A DNA stretch of 64,000 bases, from assembly GCA_905178155.1 (NCBI GenBank), contig CAJINV010000004.1, positions 10,337,655 to 10,401,654 on the forward strand, given 5' to 3'. Source of the stretch: Amoebophrya sp. A120 (lineage: Eukaryota; Protista; Dinoflagellata). The notes below the pieces were generated by a model that saw nothing but the letters and a program-made list of their open reading frames with translations, was not told where the DNA came from and ran no database searches. This document shows, one piece after another, positions 14,561-24,526 of the stretch (positions within the stretch are counted from its first letter, which is position 1; each line of letters starts with the position of its first letter). The translations under genes and the position numbers were made by a program.

Positions 14561-17500
14561 TCACGCCGCGTTCGCCTGGTCGATTTTGTTGCTGTCGCTT
14601 CCCATGTTCGCTGCCAGAATTTCGATCTCCGGCAGGAAGTACCGCTGCATGAGGTAGAACAGCAGTGCCGTCGCGGCCGAGAAGATAATGGTCATCGCCA
14701 TGCTGAACAGCTCTTCTTTCGCTTTAAACACGCGGTCGATGTAGAGAATTTCCAAGTTCAACGCCTCCCCAATCAGAAAGAAGTCCGACGTCCTCAAAAC
14801 CCGGGCGGTGTCCCGCTCCAGAATCTGCAGGAGCCCGTAGGGCGCCGGCCCACGCGTGTTGAACAGCGCCCGGGCGGTCGCGAGCGCGTGCTGCGTGCGG
14901 AGAAAGGGGAGTTTCCGGATTTCCGCGTACTCCGTGTCCGGAATTTTCGACCGAAGGTGTTGATTTCTTCTCGTTTGGGTGATCAGCTTCTCCCACCGCG
15001 CCTCCCGCAAGTCGATGGCTTCTTTGCGCACCTCCCGGTGGCTTTTCTCTTCCTCCTCTACCGCGAGGGGAAAGAAAAATTTCTTAAAATTGAAGGACTT
15101 GTTCTTTTTACCGGCGCTGCTAGAAGACGTACTGGCGTGGCCAGACGACAGGTTACTGTTCGTCTCGACATCTTCGAGATGTTGCTGAGCACCCCCGTGG
15201 CCGTTGCTTCTGGCCCCTCCGGACATTTTTGAGCCACTTGATGACTCTTTATTGCCGTGCCGTACTACAGGAGTCTTTACTGGAGACGAGCCAAAGGTTT
15301 CCCCTGGAGCGGGTACGGCTTGCGGCGTGCCCCGGGGATGGTTTCGGACACCACGATTGCTGCTGTTCGGGCTGCTGTTCAGCGCCTCGCCCTCTTGCGC
15401 CTCCTGCTCCCCTTCCGGCGCTGCCTCCCGGTGCGCACCTTCACGATGGATGATGTTCTTTCGCGGGTCTACTTGGTTGCCACGAAAATCGTGGTCTACT
15501 TGCCCATCTACTCTTCCTTGCAACAAGGGCGACAGCTGCTCCTCTTCCACAACGTGACTGAGCATGTATTTCGGCACGGGTCTTGCCTTCGCCTTCGTCT
15601 GCTTCGGGGTTATCATGGGCGAGGCAGACGAGGAGCTCCGGCTAGAGGTTCCACCAATTGTTCCCCCGACGGACTTCGGCGACACGACCGCGTCGGCCCC
15701 GGCGGCCACCGGCCCCCGGTACCGTAGCGAAGGCAGCTCGTTAGAAGTAGCTGTAGTCGTTGTTCCAATTGCACCACCACCGCCCTGCTGCAACCTCTGC
15801 TGAAAGACGGTGCTTCCAGGGGACACCTGCTTGTTGCCGCCAGCGGGCGTCACACTTCCCGGAAATCCTTGAGGAGGACCAGCGGCTCCATAAAACTGGG
15901 ACGTGCTCTCGAACCCGCCAAACCCCGCCAGGGTTGCCGTAGTCAGGTTCGAGGCAAGGTTGGTGTTCTGGTTATTCACAACTAGCGAGCTGCCACGGGC
16001 AGAGTTCGGAATTTCCTGTTCTGGCACTAGTCTGGACTTCCACGGGTCGTAGTTGTGCCGAGTGTATGGGGGAAAAAACTACTGCGCTAATAGTGTCACT
16101 TGCTTGGGGCGCCGGCATGACAGATTCGGCTTGCGCTTGCATCTTGACAGAGATAAAAAACTGACGTGCATTGTCGGTAGCAGTGCGCAAATAGGGACAG
16201 GTTCACGATGTTAGAATGACTTTGTAAAATAATTCTTGTCTGGCACGACCACCCGGCCGAGTGACTGTCTTGCATGGCCTGCAACACAAACTTACACGTT
16301 TACATAGCTTTTTCCTGCGATAGGATGGGAATGTTGTTCATCAGGCTCTCCGCTTGCTATAAGGGTGCACAACTGCATCCTCGTGCTCCCTTCATGTTCA
16401 TTTGCAACGCAAATAAAAAGCAAGTCGAAGCTTTGTGTTAACTTTTCGTTGTGGTACCGTTTGCATAAAAAGCTCGGTCGGAAAACCGAACAGGGCAAAA
16501 GTCGAGGCGTGCGTTTCTTGCTTCGTCATGCAAAGGCTGTACTTCTGCTGTTAGTTGCTTCTGCTGCTGGTGTTCATGCACACGATCAGGTGAAGGAGAG
16601 ACATCGAGGGGTTGTGCACGACCAATTCCATACCTGCATCCTCGGTGACCCTTCCCCCGGCGCGGCGCACTTTCTCACCGGTTTCTTACCGGCGATTGCG
16701 CCGCCGCGAGTGGTCGCTGACGTCGCCGCTTTGCTCCTTGCCGTCGGGGTTGCAGTATTTCCTCCGGCGGTCGACTCGGACAACAGCGATTTTCGTTTTA
16801 CCGAGGACAAGGCTGGCTGCGGGTTGTAGACATTCTCTGGCGGCTGCAGCTGCCCCAGGGTCTCCTGGCGACGGAGCAGGGCCTGTAGAGTGTATTCAGA
16901 AAGGCAGTGACTCGGTCTGCCAGGCCGTTTTCGACGATCACGTAGAAGGAGTGTTCCCCTTCATATCATCTTGCTACTGGATGAGAATGACCTCATTGGG
17001 CGGGCACGTAGTTAAGCTGGTGAATCATGCACAACTGACATCGTCATCAAACATTCGCAACACAAACCAATACCGCCCGCACGACGCCGGAAAAGGTGTT
17101 CCCGCTCTTGTTACCGCTCTTGTTGCTCAGGTCGCTTTTCATCTTGAACGAGGTCTCGTACTGCCCCCTCGGCAGTGGTACAGTGCTGGAAGTTGCGGTT
17201 TCCCTTCCCGAAGTACGAGCAGCACCTCCACCGTGCGGGAATTGGCCAAGACCCGCTTGGTTCATCTCCTCTCCGGCCAGCTCTGAAAGTCCTTCTTGGA
17301 AAAACGAGCTTCTGTTGACCATGGTGTCGATGTTCCGGGTTTTCGATTCTTTCAGCATCTGCTGCAGATTTGTCTGCTCCACGACCGAGAGACTTTCCAA
17401 ATCCATGTAGTAGAGCAGCAAAATCGCCTGCACGGCCCGCTTGTTCGAGCTAATCTGGGTCATCGTCGCGAGCGAAATCCAGTGGTCGTAATAGGTGCGC

Positions 17501-19646
17501 CAGGTGTGTGTCGTCAAGACCATGTCGTGCATCTTTCGCAAGAAGCCGAGCAAGTACTCGACTTCCATCCGGTGGCGGAGCATCAAAATCCGGTCTTTCG
17601 TCAGCGCGAACCAGTAGCACCAGCCGCCCCACTCCGCGTAGTGGTAATTGTTGCTGGCGTGGAGGTATCAAATGCAAAAGTGTCTGGGTCTGGAACATTC
17701 TAAACTTGTGAGGCTGTCTCTGGATTCTGAAAAAATTTGTATTGCATGACCAGCAAGAGGACTCCAGTTGGTGCTACGCGGAGAGGGCATTTCTCATGCT
17801 GCAGAGGTATCACAATGCGCTCTAAAAATCTGTGATGCTACGGCAGTCATCACAGACATCATGGGTCATGGAAAATATGCATGACAAATCTAGAAATTTT
17901 CCAGACCCAGACATTTTTGCATTTGATAGAAGCAGGGAGGGCTCGATTCCGAAAAATTCCGCGGAACCCCGGTAGCGGAAGAGCGCGGTCTGGACGTAGC
18001 CCGCGTTTTCGAAGGACGCAAGGTACAGGTACGCGTCGGAAAAGTTTGTCTGGTGAAAATGTAGTCAGGTCGAACGGGATAGAAACGTTTGCTACTTTTC
18101 ATTTAAGGAGCACACATTTCGACGCAACACAAGGATCCACCATGAGAAAACAGATTTTCTTTCTCTTTTCCAGCACTTACCGCATGACAATTTAATCGAA
18201 CAGCCGGCTAAGAGCAACAAATACCTTGTACAGCACTGCGTCCTCCAGCGATGCCTCACTGAGATTCGCGCCCCGAAAGTTCGCCCCGTGCAGATAGGCA
18301 TATCGCAGCTGCGTGTGGCGCATGTCGCAGCCGCCGAAGTTCGCGTACCGTGCGTAGCAGAAATTGAACTTCTTCCGCACCAAGATTGCGTCCCCGAGGT
18401 CGAAGCGGAAAAGCCACAGACCTGACATGTCGCGGACGACGGAATTACTAGTATATTTTCTCGATGACCACGTCGGCGGGGGAGCCTCTTCTGGCTGCTC
18501 TTTTGAGTCTTTATCCTTCCGATCAGGCACAACTTCTCCCTCTTCGTGATCGTGCTCCCAAGCCGGCAAAATTTTGCTCAATTTTCCCTCCTCATCGAAG
18601 AAAAAAACGACGTCCGCCCACGTCCACTGCACGTCCTCCGCCCAGACGGGGATGCGGTTCTGCGTGTCGGGCTCGTTGCTGAGGAGGAAAGCAGCCTCGT
18701 CCGTCATCTTGACCATTTCCATCGCACAACTCCGTATACAATGCAAACGTATTGCATCGTACTCGTATCAATCAATGCATTACAAAGTTCCTCAGCATGA
18801 GAAATAAAATTTGTAATGCGGATTTACTTTAGCAAAAGGATCTGTAATGCATGATTTGCAATACGAGTACGATACTTTTGCAATGCATACTCCGAAAGTC
18901 GTAGCAATCCGTCACCGGGTCGATATCCGGCTCGTCTTCCAATTGTTGCCATTCCTTGCCCATCAACTGCAAAAGTCTCTGGGTCTGGAAGAGTGCACGC
19001 TTGTCATGCTTGTGTGGCATAACTCTTAAATCTGTTATGCCTGTTACCCAAGAGCCCCATTTTGCTGTCATGCAGAAACGCAGTTTGTCGTGCAGATTAG
19101 GCAATACCTAGAAGCTCAAAAGCTTGCCATGCTGAGCCAGCACTTGTGGCCTCTTCATGATACGCCACCCAGCATCACAAGTTTCCAGACCCAGACATTT
19201 TTGCAATCCATATTGCCGTCCCAATGCTCGAAGGCAAAGCGCGGCCCGTCCCAACAGAGGCTCCGCTCGGGCTCGTCGGTAGTCGTGTCGGAATCGGCGG
19301 CGGAGGAGGAGCTGGAGCTACCATAGCGGTCGCTGGAAGAAGAGGACGTTTGCTGCAACGCGGTAACTGCATTGGAACTCGCTGGGTTAATCCGCAAATG
19401 GCGGAAGGGTGGCTTCTGGACGTGCTTACACCGGGGTTTGGAGGTCGTGAAGTCCCGCATAAGCGGCGATTTGGAAGACTTGTGTTGGAAATGCTTTAGA
19501 TTTTCTAATTGTCGTGCGTCATTGGTCCTGTTCAGGAGATTCGCAAGTCCGTCCTTTTGGTTTTGGAGTGTGCGCGCTTCGCGCTTTTTTGCGTCCTCCT
19601 GCTGCAGCAAGTCAACGACGTGGTAGGGAAGCATGATGGGGGGCAC
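14561..19646 (-). CDS. Pentapeptide-repeat-containing protein, multi-exon, with a C-terminal hydrophobic (TM-like) segment if 14561-16027 is its last exon
   Basis: Spliced reading RYANFGGCDMRHTQLRYAYLHGANFRGANLSEASLEDAVLYK|TNFSDAYLYLASFENA fits A(D/N)LXX pentapeptides; in-frame joins across introners 18961, 18735, 17666 and GT-AG intron 18050-18224. Link from ~17070 to ORF 14561-16027 not resolved. Confidence 0.65.
17666..17928. mobile_element. Introner family A (263 bp), degenerate TSD GGAGG/GAAGC
   Basis: TIR tatcaaatgcaaaagtgtctgggtctggaa / ttccagacccagacatttttgcatttgata; removing element plus 5 bp restores frame (PSLL|HASNNY). Confidence 0.9.
18050..18224 (-). other. Canonical GT-AG intron (175 bp)
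   Basis: TACAAG|gtatttg...ttcaccag|ACAAAC keeps the pentapeptide register. Confidence 0.75.
18735..18889. mobile_element. Introner family D (155 bp), TSD CTCCG
   Basis: Degenerate left TIR; right TIR tacgagtacgatacttttgcaatgcata; frame restored. Confidence 0.88.
18961..19212. mobile_element. Introner family A (252 bp), TSD TTGCC
   Basis: TIR catcaactgcaaaagtctctgggtctggaa / ttccagacccagacatttttgcaatccata; frame restored. Confidence 0.9.
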
Positions 19647-20127
19647 TGTTTGCCAGAAGACTTTAGGAGCTTCACTTAGCTACGGGAGAGCCAATAGAGG
19701 CTTTTTACCGTGCGCAAAGGTGACGCGAGCATATGTACTACTTTCGATATGCGAATGAAAGAATCCACGTGTCTTTGACTTTGATCACGCTTGTCACGTC
19801 TTGTTGAACTTGAGTACGTGCACTCAACCACAATTTTGAAGGAGAGAGCGTGCACTTCTAACCAAAACTATCACCACTAGGCGGATGCCCGAAAGCGAAA
19901 GCACTAAAAGGACGAATGATGCGCAAAATTTTGTTGCAATGGACATCACAGGAGGTACAAAGATAGAAAATATCGTAAAGCGGTCAGCTGTTTTTGTCAG
20001 TTCCTCTCTGACATTCCTGCCCTCTCTGGAATTTTGATGGTTTCCGTCTCCTTGTCACGATCCAAAAACCTTCAACTTGCGCAGCACAAAGAGATGCGTA
20101 TTACAATATTTATATATGGAAGAAAAC

Positions 20128-20575
20128 GGGGCCGGAGAGGTTCCGGTAGAGGGTGGAGAGAGGTTGCGTAGAGGTAAAATAGAGGTTGGGAGAGGTAAAG
20201 GAGAGGGTCGGGAAAAAATAGAGGGTCGGGGAGAGGTAAAACGAGAGGTAAAGGAGAGGGTAGGGAGAGGGTGGGTAGTATGTCGGCCCGTATAGCGGCG
20301 CTATACGCCCGAAGAGGGTAGGTAGAGGGTGGACAGAGGTTAAGTAGAGGGTAGGGGGAGAGGGTCGAGAGGGTCAGAGAGGGTGCGTAGTATAGGACGA
20401 CCCTCTATGTGACCCTCTACCGCGACCCTCTCCGGGAACCTCTATTTTACCTCTCCGCGGACCCTCTCGGGACCTCTCCGACCCTCTCCCGGACCCTCTC
20501 CGGGACCCTCTCCGAACCTCTCCCGGACCTTCTCCCGGACCCTCTCCCGGACCCTCTCGCGGACCACCTCCAGGA
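20128..20575. repeat. Fold-back purine/pyrimidine minisatellite (AGAGG-rich arm, then CCTCT arm with ~12-bp ccggaccctctc units)
   Basis: agaggtaaaatagaggtt (~20171) is the reverse complement of aacctctattttacctct (~20437); tandem ccggaccctctc units ~20458-20560. Confidence 0.7.
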
Positions 20576-21190
20576 GCACAGCCTGCCCACTTGTCTGCGC
20601 GCGGCGCCCCCTAAAGAAGCTCGCTAGGGCGCAGCGACCGGCTGGCATTGTTTTCGCTTGCAGATCAGAGCGGCCGTTCAAAGTGCGTGCGCCGCTCTGC
20701 GTCCCCCAGAGGGGGCGCGGCGCCCCGCCTTAACCTGGTCGGCCACCTAGGGTGGCCGCAACTTCTTTCCAACAGCGCCCGCGCGCGCTGGCAGCAGGTG
20801 CGTCGCCCTTGTGGCGTCTTAAACGTTGGCGCCCGGAAATAGTTTCCTGTGCGCATTTTCCCACGGCGCGCAGCTACTAAGGCCGGGCATGCAGCAGGGG
20901 GTGGAAGTGTGGGACGCGTCCCCGCGCTGTCTGTCAGTAATACAGGCAGCGCCCTAGAGGCGCGCCCCTCAGGGTGCCAACCCATGCCGAAACATGGGCC
21001 GGGCTCTTTTTCTTTGGTTGCGTAGCGGCGCGCAGCGATTCATTGCTGGCGCCACCTTCTCCACCGGAACACCTCCACCGAACAGCCCCCTCCCCGGCGG
21101 CCTTCGCCGGGGGGTGGCTGGTATCGAAATAAGAGTAACTGGCATGCTTCAGCACTCGGCATGAGCTACATGACTTAGGAGCAATGAATT

Positions 21191-21455
21191 CCCTGCCACA
21201 CACAGGCACAACACCAGCAACGACATGTGACAGGCCATGGGAGGTGATCTCTCCATGGAAGCCTTTTGTCAGGCGAAAGTTTCATTCGCTGGACAATCAA
21301 TCTTCATCTTGGACTTCATTATCATACATACAAAGCAAGCTACTTGTCTGTACATACATTCAACAAACCTTCTAGTTGATACATATTATTTTTATACGCA
21401 TATTTTTACAGTACGTCTTTATCTGTGGTCAGGCGCTTGGGGCGCTCTAGCTTTC
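21191..21455. repeat. ~250-bp diverged direct repeat, copy 1 (copy 2 ~22441-22650)
   Basis: ccctgcca..cacaggc.caacacca.caacgaca.gtgacaggcca...ccatggaa.ccttttgtcaggc shared. Confidence 0.75.
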
Positions 21456-21480
21456 GCTTTAGGGGTAGCTGTAATGGCGC

Positions 21481-22195
21481 CAATAATAGTCGCGGCTACG
21501 GAAGTAGTGAGGTCGCAGCGGTTCTTTTGTCTGCAAGTCAAAAAAACGCAACTTGTATGCCTAATGTTATGCACTATGGCACCGCGGCCGCAAAAAATCT
21601 CCGCCCAAAGTTGCAAGCGATTTGGGATCCCGAGCGGAAAACCTTCTCCACATGCTGTGACCTCACCAGGGCCGGCGCTTTGGGCGTCCCAGATCGGGCC
21701 CGTAGCATGCGGGCTAGCGTCCAGCTTTTGGCGGCTGTTGTTTCTTGTGTTTTTTTTTGTCAATGGCGCGCAGCTTTTGATCCTCCACCCGCGTCTGAAG
21801 TGCCCGAATCTGTTAGCAGCATTCGCGACCTCCAAAACCGAACACAAAGAAATGGCGCCAATACCATAAGGATTCGCGGTTTCTGTCTCCTTGGCATTTT
21901 TCTGATGCTTCTTTTCGGGCGCCCCGAGCCGCCAGAAGCCACGGCGGTGGGCGCCTCAGCGTGGCGCCCCTTCTGCCGGCTCCCTTGCGTCGTTTTATCA
22001 AGCGGCAACCGATAGAATTCCGTCGGGCCTATTTGGCTTCAAGGCCCCGCTATATCAATTTGTAATTAAGTACTTTATCAACTAAAATTTTTTTTTGTGA
22101 GAAAACACCTCCGGCATCTTCAAAACTGCCGGTCGTGTTTCACGGCTGGTAGGTGGCAAAAAAACTGCCAGGATAGAACGTTCGCGCCCTCACTA
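21481..22195. mobile_element. ~715-bp non-autonomous element with asymmetric (subterminal) inverted repeats, copy 1
   Basis: Colinear with 42497-43221: caataatag...gtagtgaggtc at left, ctcactacatacaa at right, shared internal blocks (cggtgggcgcctcag, aaaactgccggtcgt). Confidence 0.75.
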
Positions 22196-22760
22196 CATAC
22201 AATAGCTGTAGCCAAAATTCATTTAAAGAAATATGATTCTTCATCTGGGGTTCGTAAGTGAAACATTTTGTCTTTTGCAGGCGTTCGCAGTCACACAACA
22301 TCATCCTGCTTCTTCACGAGAGCGTCTTGGGTCCGCAGCGGCGCTCCATGTTTGCGGCATGGATTTCATTTTTTAGTATTAGTCCTGGTTTGTATCATTC
22401 GTTGACGTCGCTGCCAGGCTACGACATGACTATAGTAGCTCCCTGCCAGGCACAGGCGCAACACCAACAACGACACGTGACAGGCCACGAAGGTTGATCT
22501 CACCATGGAAACCTTTTGTCAGGCAAAACTTTCTTATCTTGATAATTGTCATCATACAAGCAAAGCAAGGTACTTTTCTGTACAAAGGGATAAACATGAT
22601 TTTTTTATACAATATATCGGTCTGTCATGCACTGGGGCGCCCTAGCTTTAGTTGTATTTGAATTTGTTTTTGTGCGGGGGGCGGGGGCGGATAGTCGTAT
22701 ATTAATTATGGTAAAATACATAGGAATAGTTGTAATTGTAGTATTGAAAACCTTTATCAT

Positions 22761-23894
22761 CATCATCATCATCATATTTGTGCGTGTCCGGGATAAACAT
22801 TATCTTTTCTCATTCTAATGAGTGGACGGGCACCCAGTACTGCTGTGTGCGGAGTGACAGGAGAGTCACTCACTCTGCGTGCCAAGTGTTATCTTGGCCT
22901 TTGTAAAAGGAGACCCCGCAGACATACACTATTTCTCTTCCTGTGTTTTCGCAAAAATCCGTGCTGTCTGCTTCAAACACCACCTGGTCGCTTTCTTCTA
23001 GACGCCAAACTTCCCGTCTTTGGCCGGGTAAACGCACCCAGCTCTTGCCGCTGATCGTTTGAATTAGTTCCGCTCGCCCCCTTTCCGCTTGTTGCTGTTG
23101 CTGTATTCTCTTGCGCTGCTCCTCGCGCATTTTCTCGGTCTTCTCGGTTGCTGTCCTTGTTTGCTTGGGCCCGTTTCTTCTGCTCGTGTCCACTTTTCTT
23201 TTTTGCCGCATTGCTTCCTTCACTGCCGCTGCGTCTGGCGGCTGCTGCGCCATCTGTGCGGCATCGAAGCCAAAGTGCTGCAGGTCTTGCTCCACCAGCC
23301 TGCCCCATGGTGTTTTCGCCTTTATCTCGTTTGCTATCCACCACCCTGAGGCTTCTGTTGTGTCGCGGAATGCATGGGCAACCCATGCTACCCGCTTCCC
23401 CTGTAGCATCGTCTCTATATCGAGTATGCCTGCTCTTTTGCATAACTCGACGCGGCTGGTGTATTCTGCTTCCTCGTCTACCGGCCCCCCCTCTGCGTTC
23501 TGCTCCTCCTGCCTTTCCTGCTGCCGCTGCCACTCCCTTCGCTCCCCCGTCACTGTTTTCAGTGTCTGCATCTGGAAGTTACGCAAGACCTTGAGGTCGT
23601 GCTCGTGCGGGACCCAACACTCACTATTGTACAGCGCTACCGAGCTGCGCAACGAGGTGTATAGTTCCGCCTTCAGCTCCCGCGGGAGCCCTTTATCTGC
23701 CCAGATTTTTCGGAGTTGCTGCGTCGTTGCTGTTGCTATCCCCGTCCGCCTTTCGACTTCTTTGGTGGCGCTGGCGTTGCTTGCTATTTCTGTGCCCAGA
23801 TACTTGAAGGAAGGCACTGTTTTTATCTCGCTCCCATCTGCTGTCTTTAGGTCCGCCGGCACAAGCACTGTGGCGCGCTGTGCCTTGGCCTTTT
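22761..23894 (-). mobile_element. 5'-truncated non-LTR retrotransposon (RTE-like LINE): RT C-terminal/thumb region, (TGA)n tail
   Basis: EIKTVPSFKYLGTEI...EVERRTGIA...LRKIW...LKAELYTS...LYNSECW motif; (atc)n run 22756-22775; direct repeat CCTTTATCAT at 22751-22760 and 23895-23904. Confidence 0.85.
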
Positions 23895-24526
23895 CCTTTA
23901 TCATATATATAAGGATGTGTTTTGCTTGAGTTACTAGGGTTGGTACAGCAGTTGTAAACGAAATGTTTTTATATTTTTTACAAACATAACAACACAAGCG
24001 TTCGCGGTTACTACATAACACGCTTCGTCGCCACGGCATCTTGGGTCCGGACCGGTGCTCCTTCCCCCGAGCCTGGAATTTATTTTTTAGTTCAGATTTG
24101 TAGCACTCGATTTCGTTGCTCCATGCCTGTCCAAATGCCAATCGACAGAACCAAATCTGCGCCAAAAGTCTTTACCGCCGTCGCCCGATTGATCTGAAAA
24201 CTTCGTCTCCGCAGTTTTCGACACTTTGGCCAGCTTCGTGTTTATGGTGCTTTTGCTGGTTTCGGTCTCGAGAGTCGACACAGTAGATTCTTTCTCCTCG
24301 GCGGCACTCAGCGCTTGCGATTCACTGCCTGTCCCTGTGATGAAGGTTTCAATTTCATCTTGAGTTCTTCCACGACATTACGTTAGTATATTCATGATCT
24401 CCTTTTTTACACGAGCATCTCTGAGTCCGGACCTGCAATGCGCTCATATATGATATCAACAATATACACATTCTGGTGTGTCAGCCTCCATGCAGAAAAG
24501 ACACGTAATGCATGAGTGTGTCTCAT

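Noticed and set aside
23111-23929. Long plus-strand ORFs here and across the window (e.g. 28723-29631, 50611-51486)
   Set aside because: Antisense shadows of minus-strand coding sequence.
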